A DNA stretch of 64,000 nt from a virus. Under the pieces are notes generated by a model. That model saw only the letters and a program-made list of their open reading frames with translations, did no database searches and was not told where the DNA came from. The position numbers were made by a program, and so were the translations under genes. Of this stretch, positions 39,001 through 47,692 are shown piece by piece; position 1 is the stretch's first letter, and each line of letters begins with the position of its first letter. The stretch lies in IMG/VR virus record IMGVR_UViG_3300005676_000004. One strand, written 5' to 3'.

Positions 39001-40112
39001 CAAACATCCAGGCGGATGATTATTCTAGGTTAAAGTGGTTTGCTCGGGAGTATTGGAAGAAGTACGAAAACAAAAATGATTTTACCGCATACATTCGGTT
39101 AATGTCCATTTTTGATTTTAGTGTTTTTGAGCAAATTCGTCAAACAATTCCAGCGAGAACGAACGAGATTCTTGGTTTAGTTGTAGAACCAAACATTCTT
39201 GAACGATCAAAGGTTCGTATAAGTAAGGGAATATCTGCATCTTCTCCATCTGAGACGTCTTTGCATACAACAGAACTTTCAGCATCGTTGGCAGTAGCAT
39301 CCGGCGTATTGCATTCAAATACTGGCGTAATACGGATAGGATTTGAAGATGAAAGTGAGTACAATGAATATGATGGTGAGGCGGAGATAGGACCTTCATT
39401 TGAGTCAGACGTCTACGCTCCAGTTAATGCTGATGTTGACTATAATGTTCAGCCGTCGGGAAGACTTAATCAGCACACATTTTTCATAAGTGAATCGCGT
39501 CGTAGACCTTCGGTAGTAACTAATTTTAATCAGTTGAACGGTAAACTTACAAACCCAACGCATTCAGTTCTAATGTATGCTAGGAATTATTCTGGTAATT
39601 TAATACAACAAGATGCTATTGCGACTGGAGTTGATGCTACGATTTACGATTTTGCTGAGATAGACACCAACTTCACAGTGACCTATCAACGCGACAACGT
39701 GTATAAGTCTACGACACTTACCGAAGACATTGGATATGGATATGGGTGGACTACTGCTAGTAACTCCGATGAGAAGTCTTCTCTCCTGTTTACTACCATA
39801 AAAAATTATCGTAACGATATTTATTACAGGGCGTATCAGTTCTTTTACAGCAGTAGCTCGGATATTGTTGGTGGTAACTACGCTTCGGCTTCATACATTA
39901 CCTCTAGCGTTTTGAATCCTGCTACATTACCTAAATCAATACAAAATCACAGATTTTTAGGATGTAAGGTAACAGGGCCTGGTATAAATCAAGATACTAG
40001 ATCAACTCCCGACGGTAAGGCTGTCATTGAAAAGTACTTTGTTTCGGCAAATCAAATTACGCTAGACGGTGGTATGGACACTAACACAAACGGAAATATC
40101 ACAATAGTCTGA
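36090..40112 (+). CDS. large baseplate/tail structural protein (1340 aa), LamG-like region in the middle
   Basis: Position in the baseplate module; KTKGT.RG...LLAAYGIP resembles baseplate wedge proteins; GSIFELRYWS resembles a LamG C-terminus. Confidence 0.7.
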   Translation: MSNFVYKNIDQILSDDFPKRGITTSLTDLELLQKQFVIPEFEKNGIDPITNEKEFFVELHVFLNNLAYVKTNYDVQTYSVIPSDPNPLIQFEVHKDIRDINIPSGEYKVVYNLLRNLVGGNESQSNLFISEVSTDRRELKLSLANPDSELARRQLARFVIETLKPKTFVPPIALNFGENKILDVINVTSDGDPTSFFVKLYEPLPVELDTYFICWVCVRLMKPYIDSVQYIDEQLESPVNYISGPNFEVDYDYWITTETEYKSWSSILSENVQTSEQLVNRYISGSSYPVELNIDFTDFRNFIYYSNARDRVENFIYKMELLEYYRNELNRINSITGSISTNRVKVQMLKDKLISGFDSFEKYLYYNSTGSFNYTYQVSASVVPYPKYELASTASNYHIATKEGKFSFYTSGSNEVLDWIDDILDKADDYDATNYYALARALPDHIRDDSENDDAVRFVNMLGQHFDVILLYIQHLEKKSLREEHPMAGLSQDLIYEVTRNMGWTLTHGTSHKDLWEYALGISGSTEPIWTGKTTVNKYLSKTYEERTKEVWRRILNNLPYIYKTKGTSRGLRALLAAYGIPQTLLTIREFGGPDNADLGIKPRAEWEKHTYFLNFHSSYPLPTQTQYVSVPWERVHGTTGWQYPDAIEFRWKMETSDRYAYSNDPIQTILQKNSGSRVDWFVTAHRTGSDTEKGNLNFYIGDGTTYLTASITNEYLFDDVPLNILIRRSSKNDSTSAEQVYDFILKTQKYGKIAVERSASVVVSGSSIPNTQRAWVSNGTLFIGSGSNSQTSNILSGSIFELRYWSSILQESAFDNHVLAARAYNGNSSTSSYYDLQAQFKFWQPFDAATTSSLRSTHPDQSKRAFESSSKNATFIGFTSSSFESTVETYNMEVATVGNNTPFAEKVRIDSGSLVGGLSIDTSSEVSAFDTFSVDSNKLMVAFSPQSIINEDIYEAIGNTSIDDYFGEYANIQADDYSRLKWFAREYWKKYENKNDFTAYIRLMSIFDFSVFEQIRQTIPARTNEILGLVVEPNILERSKVRISKGISASSPSETSLHTTELSASLAVASGVLHSNTGVIRIGFEDESEYNEYDGEAEIGPSFESDVYAPVNADVDYNVQPSGRLNQHTFFISESRRRPSVVTNFNQLNGKLTNPTHSVLMYARNYSGNLIQQDAIATGVDATIYDFAEIDTNFTVTYQRDNVYKSTTLTEDIGYGYGWTTASNSDEKSSLLFTTIKNYRNDIYYRAYQFFYSSSSDIVGGNYASASYITSSVLNPATLPKSIQNHRFLGCKVTGPGINQDTRSTPDGKAVIEKYFVSANQITLDGGMDTNTNGNITIV

Positions 40113-40119
40113 TATTTAT
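40111..40119 (+). promoter_or_regulatory. GATATTTAT motif (putative late promoter)
   Basis: At the stop of 36090..40112, upstream of 40164. Confidence 0.5.
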
Positions 40120-40163
40120 GAGTATACGCCAATCAAACCAATTTTGTAGTGAGGAGAATTCAC

Positions 40164-40844
40164 ATGGGTTATTTAGATAATACGTCAATTACCATTGACG
40201 CAATTTTGACTAAGCAAGGTAGAGAATTGCTAGCAAAAGGTAGAAATCAATTTAAGATTACACAGTTTGCTGTAGCCGATGATGAGGTTGACTATAGCTT
40301 GTACAATCCAGCACATCCGCTGGGTTCCAACTATTATGGTGTCGCTATAGAAAGTATGCCAATCACAGAAGCGGTTCCAGATGAAACACAATCTATGAAA
40401 TACAAGTTGATTACTTTACCGAAAGGTACTAATGCTATACCTTATGTTGCGGTAGATAATTCTTCTGTCACGCTGACCGCAGGAGTTCCTATTACTACGG
40501 CGAACGTAATGCCTCGCACACAGTTTAATGGTACTGGTATACCAGACTCTACGAATTTGAATGGTACGTTGGGTTATACTGCTACGCTACTAGATAGTAC
40601 GTATGTGACATTATCAGCAGCATCAGTTGTACCTGGCTTGTCATCAAGTCCTGTGATGAACTTTGCAGGAGATTCGGAAACTGCAAATTCCGTATCCGTA
40701 ATAGGATTAAACTTTATAGTAACACCTTCTGGAAAAGCGAATAACATTGCTACTGCTAAGTCAACAAAACTTATCATAACTGGTAATGAAACTGGTGGTC
40801 GCATTGTTATCCCAATAACCATTAATCCGCGTCCAACTAACTAA
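40164..40844 (+). CDS. baseplate/tail-fibre-attachment structural protein (start reassigned from 40149 to ATG 40164)
   Basis: GAGGAG precedes MGYLDN; ILTKQGRELLA....KITQFA..D resembles tail-fibre N-terminal attachment domains. Confidence 0.7.
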   Translation: MGYLDNTSITIDAILTKQGRELLAKGRNQFKITQFAVADDEVDYSLYNPAHPLGSNYYGVAIESMPITEAVPDETQSMKYKLITLPKGTNAIPYVAVDNSSVTLTAGVPITTANVMPRTQFNGTGIPDSTNLNGTLGYTATLLDSTYVTLSAASVVPGLSSSPVMNFAGDSETANSVSVIGLNFIVTPSGKANNIATAKSTKLIITGNETGGRIVIPITINPRPTN

Positions 40845-40866
40845 GTAAATTGAATAGGAAACATTC

Positions 40867-41967
40867 ATGGCGAAGCAAAAATCAAAAGTATTCTATCCGG
40901 TTGGTAGACCATTAGGTCCTGACGGTGATCCTATGCGTAATCCCGAGCGGATTGTGTATACTAGAGGATTGTGGTCTGACAGCTCTGGCGAATTGATGAC
41001 ATTTTACACTAGTTCAACACAGAACACTTCGTCACGTAACTATTACTATGAAGTGTGGAACTCAGCATCTGCTGACTGTGATGAAGTACAAATGTTCTCC
41101 GTTGCGTATGGTAACTTCTTCGGTTCTGGGTCTAGTAATTCTGGCGGGGAGTCTGATGACACGCCTTCACGTGCAATTTACTCTCAGTATAGGCTAATGT
41201 GTCTTGATCCAGGAACTAGAAAGTTTCAATTAGCTTCGGGAACTGATATGAATCACATTTATGTGGTGAACTTCAATCGTCAGCGCGTGGGTGATAAACT
41301 TGATCCTGGGAATTTTGAGCTTGCCATCGCCGAACTTAATGGTGGTTCATTTGCAAACAATTTGTTTACTGGAAGTAATGTCGCAGTGTCATCATCAAAC
41401 AAAGTAATCACATTGATAGATGATTCCGGTGACGCTTCCGATAGTCTAGGATACGGTGGGGTTCCATCTCCAGTGCGAAATTTGGTCAGTGGTAGTATAG
41501 CTAATGGTGTGTATAACCCATCGAGTCCAGTATACTACGGTTTGGTGTATGCCGACATGGGGACGATAGTAATATCCGCCGACATGCTAAACGCTAGTGC
41601 ATCATTCAATACCGTAACTGGTAGTGGTGTGACTGGTGATAACGCTATGAAATTGTTTAAGTCAATCAGTGGTTCTGCTGTTATTGGGACTGGATTCACA
41701 GCTCGTGCAGTTGATATTAAAGAACATGACTTTTATTTCTGTAGGGTTGAAAATGGTGCTATGAACTATTCAAACAATCCAACCTTTGTTAGCGGAAGTG
41801 ATGGGTTTCTGAGTAATTCTAGATTTGAAAATGAGCCAACTACATACATAACGTCTGTCGGTTTGTACGATGACTTCGGTAGGTTACTTGCAGTAGCAAA
41901 GCTAAGTCGTCCAGTTAAGAAAGCATTCAATCAAGAACTGTCGTTTACTATAAATTTAGAATATTGA
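40867..41967 (+). CDS. tail/baseplate paralog family member 1
   Basis: YYYEV..FSVAYG..GSGS core; C-terminal NYS.NP.FV...YITSVGLYDD...LLAVAKLSRP. Confidence 0.8.
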   Translation: MAKQKSKVFYPVGRPLGPDGDPMRNPERIVYTRGLWSDSSGELMTFYTSSTQNTSSRNYYYEVWNSASADCDEVQMFSVAYGNFFGSGSSNSGGESDDTPSRAIYSQYRLMCLDPGTRKFQLASGTDMNHIYVVNFNRQRVGDKLDPGNFELAIAELNGGSFANNLFTGSNVAVSSSNKVITLIDDSGDASDSLGYGGVPSPVRNLVSGSIANGVYNPSSPVYYGLVYADMGTIVISADMLNASASFNTVTGSGVTGDNAMKLFKSISGSAVIGTGFTARAVDIKEHDFYFCRVENGAMNYSNNPTFVSGSDGFLSNSRFENEPTTYITSVGLYDDFGRLLAVAKLSRPVKKAFNQELSFTINLEY

Positions 41968-41971
41968 TTTT

Positions 41972-43069
41972 ATGACACAAGAGCAAATATTGTTGAGAAA
42001 AAGTCTCCGTAATGGTAAGACTTTTACTCCATTTAATGAGGATTCGGACATATCTGTGAACCAGAAGGAGGTGTTAACTGCACCTCTGTGGTCAAACAGT
42101 CAATCTTCACTTGTGACAATGTTTACAAGTTCTGCGCAATCTGCAAATCAAAAACGATACTATTATGAAGTCTTCAATAGCCAGTCAAGTGTTCAAGGGG
42201 CTGAGGCGCAATTTTCGGTCGCCTATGGAGATATGGCTGGTAGTGGTAGCTCAACTGGTTCATCGGGTGTTAACTTATATGATTATCCGACGAAGGCTGT
42301 CTATGCTCAATATAAGCAGCTACTACTTCAACCTGGAGATACGATATTCACATTTGCAAATGGAGAAACTTCAGAGTACGTCTACATTGTGAATGTGAAC
42401 AGGGCTAGATTCAAAGATAGAATGGACACCAAAAATTGGCAACTATCAATTGGTATGCTAAACTCGGGTGGTCAAATTGCTATTACTGGTTCTCAAAATG
42501 TTATCACGTTGATTGATGATTCAACTGCGGCTACCACTGAACTTGCACAGCAAGGTGGTAGGGTTTACAACATTCGTAGCGGATCAATAACTAATGGAAT
42601 TCATACTGCGGACACCACCCCATGGGGGTTGTTCTATCCAGATCATGGCGTCATCGTCTTAAACGGTAAAGCATTAGATGCTTCGGCCTCTTTCAATACT
42701 GGTAGGACGCCTGCAACTGCAAGTGGTGCGAACAACGCACTTAGAATTTTCACAGCTATCTCTGGAGCAGCCGCTTATTTAACAGCATCACTTGGATTTC
42801 AAGGCCGTACGAGTGAAGTTCTGAGTTCGACATATTACTTCGTTAGACTATTCAATGGTGAATATAATTACAGCACAAATCCTAGCTTCGTGACTAGTAG
42901 TGCTGGTATCGTGAAGTTTGATTCTATGGTAACAAATCCAGTGGTGTATCCAACGATGATTGGTCTGTACAATGATAGTCAGCAACTACTTGCTGTCGCT
43001 AAATTAAGTAAGCCCATCGCTAAATCGTTTGATACTGAATATGTAATAAAAGTTAAATTAGACTATTAA
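41972..43069 (+). CDS. tail/baseplate paralog family member 2
   Basis: Same core and C-terminal IGLYND..QLLAVAKLSKP. Confidence 0.8.
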   Translation: MTQEQILLRKSLRNGKTFTPFNEDSDISVNQKEVLTAPLWSNSQSSLVTMFTSSAQSANQKRYYYEVFNSQSSVQGAEAQFSVAYGDMAGSGSSTGSSGVNLYDYPTKAVYAQYKQLLLQPGDTIFTFANGETSEYVYIVNVNRARFKDRMDTKNWQLSIGMLNSGGQIAITGSQNVITLIDDSTAATTELAQQGGRVYNIRSGSITNGIHTADTTPWGLFYPDHGVIVLNGKALDASASFNTGRTPATASGANNALRIFTAISGAAAYLTASLGFQGRTSEVLSSTYYFVRLFNGEYNYSTNPSFVTSSAGIVKFDSMVTNPVVYPTMIGLYNDSQQLLAVAKLSKPIAKSFDTEYVIKVKLDY

Positions 43070-43080
43070 TATGATACTGT

Positions 43081-45525
43081 ATGGCAACGAACACTAAGAC
43101 GATACAAGAGATTCAAGACGCTAGAGACATAGCTCTTATACGCGGAGATGTCTCCACTGCTAATCAGCTCCAAGAGTTGTTGCAGGAGATAGTGCCTTCT
43201 GGTGAAGTATCTCCTTTGTCAACATCAATAGGTACTAATGTGATTGACACACAATTGCGTCAAAGTCCGTTAACAACGTTACCAACAGTATCGTCTCAAA
43301 TATCAACTGCAAACATAAGCACAACGCCTCAAATTGGAACTGCACCGAGTGCACCTATGAACATCGGAACGATAACATCTCCAGATGGTGGATGTGTCTA
43401 TCGGTACTCATTTGGGTGTCCAGTGTTTTCACGTTATCAGCGTGATGCTTCATGTATGGTGTTGATACCAGTTTATAGAACATGTTATCTTCCACCTTCT
43501 GTCTTAAACAAGACGTCGTTACCTACAAGTGAATTAGTCGGTTATTTTGAGATAACTGGTTATACGAAGTCCATGTTGGATATACAGCGAAATTATATAA
43601 ATTCTGCTGGAGTTACTGGAACTAGAACTATTGACGGTCGTCGCTTAGACAGTGATGGTCTTCGTCAATCAATTCTTGATCTAGCTGGATTTAAAACCTT
43701 AGGTAACTGGATGCCAGACCAAGGTGGAATATTCCGCCAGACAAACACGCAGTTAAACATTGAAACAATCATTAACAACTTACTTGACGTTTCAACAAAT
43801 TCAACTAACACGTTGAATCCTGGAACTGCTACATTATTGCAATGGGCGCAATATCTTGTGTCAGTTTGTGATCTATCAGTGCAACCGGATTACTGCATAT
43901 CTCAAGATGTATTTGTACCAAACGTTCAAGCTACACCGAACACTCCGACTGGAACTCCAACCACTGGAAGATTCTGCAATACCATAGGTGGTAAGGTTGC
44001 TATACCGAACACTAAGAAACTTATTCGTCAAGAGACCCGATTAGTAACAGACCAACCGTTAACCGATCAGTACATTCCAGTACCAAACAAACCATGCACA
44101 CTAGGTATACCTAGACAATCTCAGACAGTTTTCGTCTACTCAGAGGATTATGGTTACACATGTTACGGAAACTCAGATTTAACGGGTAATATAATCGGTT
44201 ATGATTCAATTGAAATCCGAGAGACTACAGAAGCGGGCGAGATGTATACTACATACATTCAAGAACGTCCTGATCCAAATTGTGCGTTTACCGAGGTTGA
44301 AGTCGAGTATGAAGAAGATGATCCAGCAAATCGCTGCAATGGTATAATAAAGAAAGATGTATATCGGAAATATGCAGATGGTAGATCGATGCTTCATGCT
44401 AAGGGTGTGTTTGTTCGTTACTTTAGGAAGATGGACTCGGACTGCGCTCCCGAGACAGTAAAAACTTTTCATCCTTTGAATCTCGGCTCTGACGTTATCA
44501 GCGGTAAAGTTAGGGTAAATACTACTGGACTATTTAACTATTCACAATCGCTAGATTGCTTTAACACAGCATCGGGACAAGCGTCTGCCACGAAGAAGTA
44601 CTATTACGAGGTGACCGACTGTGATTCGTGTGGTCGTACGCCATATTTTGCCGTTGCTTATGGTAACTTTGCTGGGTCTGGATCACTTCACGCCGAAGGC
44701 GAGGTGAATGATAATGCTACACGTGCTATCTATTCGCAATATAGACTTCTAGCACTTGATAGTTCAGAGACTCAATTCAGTTTCTATACTAATGGAGTAG
44801 CGACGTCGTCCGCCGATGTGTATGTTGTAAACTTCTATAGAAATGGACTATCAGATCGACTTGATCCAGGTAACTTTGAAATCAATCTAGCAGAGTTGAC
44901 AGGAACTGCATACGCAAACAATTTGTTTACTGGAAGTAATGTTGCAGTGTCATCATCAAACAAGGTGGTATCTCTCATTGACAACTCAGGGGACGGATCG
45001 GAAGAAGTTTATATCCACGATCCATATGTTAGCTATGATCTAGTTAGTGGAAGTTTAACAAACGGTATATACACTACAGCTCAGAGACATACGTATGGTA
45101 TTGTATATCCTAACTTAGGAGTTATCGTCCTTGATCCTACTAAACTAAATTCTGAGTTGTCATTCAACACAGTCACTGGATCAAACATAGCGGGTGACAA
45201 CGCTATGAAGTTGTTCACATCAATTAGTGGTTCAAGCGTTCTCGGGAAGCATCTGAAAGCTAGAAATGTAAAGTATAAGACTACTAACCATTACTTCGTT
45301 CGCGTCACGGCACCGTTGGCAAACTTTTCAAATAATCCGACATTTGTAAGTGGTAGCGAGGGTTACATGTTCCATCGCGCATTCACGAAGAATCCGCAGA
45401 CGTACATAACTACGATAGGATTGTATGACGATTTCAACAGACTTTTGGCAGTTGCGAAGCTAAGTCGTCCAGTTCATAAAACTTTTGATAATGACGTACT
45501 ATTTAAGATTCGTTTAAACTGGTAA
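43081..45525 (+). CDS. tail/baseplate paralog family member 3 with a long Thr/Pro/Cys-rich N-terminal extension
   Basis: The C-terminal ~340 aa match member 1; the N-terminal ~470 aa are unique. Confidence 0.8.
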   Translation: MATNTKTIQEIQDARDIALIRGDVSTANQLQELLQEIVPSGEVSPLSTSIGTNVIDTQLRQSPLTTLPTVSSQISTANISTTPQIGTAPSAPMNIGTITSPDGGCVYRYSFGCPVFSRYQRDASCMVLIPVYRTCYLPPSVLNKTSLPTSELVGYFEITGYTKSMLDIQRNYINSAGVTGTRTIDGRRLDSDGLRQSILDLAGFKTLGNWMPDQGGIFRQTNTQLNIETIINNLLDVSTNSTNTLNPGTATLLQWAQYLVSVCDLSVQPDYCISQDVFVPNVQATPNTPTGTPTTGRFCNTIGGKVAIPNTKKLIRQETRLVTDQPLTDQYIPVPNKPCTLGIPRQSQTVFVYSEDYGYTCYGNSDLTGNIIGYDSIEIRETTEAGEMYTTYIQERPDPNCAFTEVEVEYEEDDPANRCNGIIKKDVYRKYADGRSMLHAKGVFVRYFRKMDSDCAPETVKTFHPLNLGSDVISGKVRVNTTGLFNYSQSLDCFNTASGQASATKKYYYEVTDCDSCGRTPYFAVAYGNFAGSGSLHAEGEVNDNATRAIYSQYRLLALDSSETQFSFYTNGVATSSADVYVVNFYRNGLSDRLDPGNFEINLAELTGTAYANNLFTGSNVAVSSSNKVVSLIDNSGDGSEEVYIHDPYVSYDLVSGSLTNGIYTTAQRHTYGIVYPNLGVIVLDPTKLNSELSFNTVTGSNIAGDNAMKLFTSISGSSVLGKHLKARNVKYKTTNHYFVRVTAPLANFSNNPTFVSGSEGYMFHRAFTKNPQTYITTIGLYDDFNRLLAVAKLSRPVHKTFDNDVLFKIRLNW

Positions 45526-45526
45526 T

Positions 45527-47692
45527 ATGGCAAATGAGTATGAAATTAAAAGAGTTGGATTTGTTGGCTCGTTGTGGCAAGGTGTGTACAACCCACCTAT
45601 ACCAGTTGGCGAGACCTACGAAGTAACTAATGTTCCAAACACAATTGAGAGTGGCGGAACACCAAAGTCATTCTTTCTGTCTTCTAAAACTGGAATCAAT
45701 GTAGATGTTCTCAATAAGCAGTTGGGTGACTCTGAATTTTTCTATAAGACTGGATACCTTGACGTAAATTCTGCACAAGAGCTAGCAACTAATACGAAGC
45801 TAGATTACTCATTTTGCAAAGATACATTGGTATTGTTTAGATTCTCGCAACGAACTCCGGAAGTTCCAGCACACAGTCAAATTCCATTACAAGACAATTG
45901 GTCATTTGATACTACAAATCCTTCAAATCCAATCTATAGCTATTTCTCGCCAGAATACGCGAAGGTAGCAAATTTTGTCTTCATAGTAGATGATAACAAA
46001 ATTCAAACATACCTAGATTACTTTAGAGATATTCAACAGAAGCAAACTGTGTTTGAAGATGAGGTAGTTGCAAATCCAGAGTCTAGCTTTACGGGCGACA
46101 CTTTACAGACTGTTATGCCGCCAGTTCCAGCTACGTTTGAGACTAAACCAGCATTTCAATCGCCACCAACTGATCCTGAGTTATATGCAGATACGGTTGC
46201 GAAGAAACAATTTGAGTTGTTACGCGAATCATATACATCATCCGACGCAGTTCGTCTAAATTCTAACCTTCAAGGTATAGACGCTGAGCTACGATCTCTG
46301 TTACCAGTTTTAATGAACGCCGCTGAGCAAGTAAATGTCTTCTCAGATTCAATGGTATTATTGGCAAGAGTTAAATTACTTTTGATGATAAAAAATTATC
46401 TGCTAAGTCAGTTGAACATTTTGCGTGAAGATTTGTCCGAAGTCATTACGATTGACTTGCCAGTTGAAGAGGACGGATCAATTGTAGTAGAGCCAGTCCC
46501 ATCATCACCCCAACAGTTTCCGACGCAAAGTGTGGATGATGAGCTAGATGAGTTTGATGAGTTGATTGATGAACTAATTGACAACTTGATGTTTGACGAG
46601 AACGGTGTATACATATACAAGCGTCTTTCAAAGATAACCGACTACTCCACTCCAGTACGTGAGTTTGAAACTCGGGGTATGTTTGAATGTGCGGGTGAGA
46701 AACTTAGTCGATTTTTTACAGCATCTTTGAGCACTAAAAATAGCAAGTTTTACCTACCAGTATACAACAACCCTTCGGCTAGTTCCGATTCATATCATCA
46801 GTTTGACATTACATACTGTCACATCTCAGGGTCTGGATCATCATACACGCAAGACGGAGTTGACATACTTCCGGCGAAGACAATGTATCGAAAATACATG
46901 TTAGAATGCTTCGGTTCTAATCAAGGAAAGTTTAGATTCAAGAACAATGCTAATGGTGACTATTTCTACGTGATTCATTTGGATCGATATTGTTTTCAAA
47001 ATGGTATTGATGTTGGCAACTTTCAACTAGGATTGATGCCTCTATCATCAAGCATAAATCAACTAGTGAATACTGGAAGTGGTTACTCGGCTGATGTATC
47101 GTCAAGTCAACTTTTTACGTTGATTGATAATAGTAATGATATAAAGCAAGGTGTTATTGAGCGCGAAGAAATTCAAGATTTTTATTACCTTGTTTCGGGA
47201 TCACTTAGTAATGGTATCTACGACGAGCCAGATCAAAACGCATGGGGTGTCGTATTTCCAAAGGCTGGAGTTATCATCTTAGATGGAGTGGTGCTAGATC
47301 AATCTTGCTCATTTAACACGGTAACGGCTAGTATAGACGGTGATAACATTCGTAAACTGTTTGTATCCGTTAGTGGGTCGTCAACAGTTACACATGGAAG
47401 GTCTAGGACACAAGACTTTTTTGGTCGTTCTGTGGATGAGAAGTTAGTTGAGACGTATTTTTGTCGGTTAGAACCCGATGAATACAATTACTCTACGAAC
47501 TATACCTATGTGAGTGGAAGTGAAGGATTTTTACAATACAACTATTTTGCGAAAAATCCAATGTCATACATAACATCAATCGGACTTTATAATAACAATC
47601 GTCAGCTCTTAGCTGTTGGTAAGTTGAAGACTCCATTGAAGAAGGATAGTAACACCTCGTATATTTTCCATGTAAACGTGAGACTTAACTAA
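45527..47692 (+). CDS. tail/baseplate paralog family member 4
   Basis: Diverged core plus C-terminal YITSIGLYNN..QLLAVGKL..P. Confidence 0.8.
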   Translation: MANEYEIKRVGFVGSLWQGVYNPPIPVGETYEVTNVPNTIESGGTPKSFFLSSKTGINVDVLNKQLGDSEFFYKTGYLDVNSAQELATNTKLDYSFCKDTLVLFRFSQRTPEVPAHSQIPLQDNWSFDTTNPSNPIYSYFSPEYAKVANFVFIVDDNKIQTYLDYFRDIQQKQTVFEDEVVANPESSFTGDTLQTVMPPVPATFETKPAFQSPPTDPELYADTVAKKQFELLRESYTSSDAVRLNSNLQGIDAELRSLLPVLMNAAEQVNVFSDSMVLLARVKLLLMIKNYLLSQLNILREDLSEVITIDLPVEEDGSIVVEPVPSSPQQFPTQSVDDELDEFDELIDELIDNLMFDENGVYIYKRLSKITDYSTPVREFETRGMFECAGEKLSRFFTASLSTKNSKFYLPVYNNPSASSDSYHQFDITYCHISGSGSSYTQDGVDILPAKTMYRKYMLECFGSNQGKFRFKNNANGDYFYVIHLDRYCFQNGIDVGNFQLGLMPLSSSINQLVNTGSGYSADVSSSQLFTLIDNSNDIKQGVIEREEIQDFYYLVSGSLSNGIYDEPDQNAWGVVFPKAGVIILDGVVLDQSCSFNTVTASIDGDNIRKLFVSVSGSSTVTHGRSRTQDFFGRSVDEKLVETYFCRLEPDEYNYSTNYTYVSGSEGFLQYNYFAKNPMSYITSIGLYNNNRQLLAVGKLKTPLKKDSNTSYIFHVNVRLN

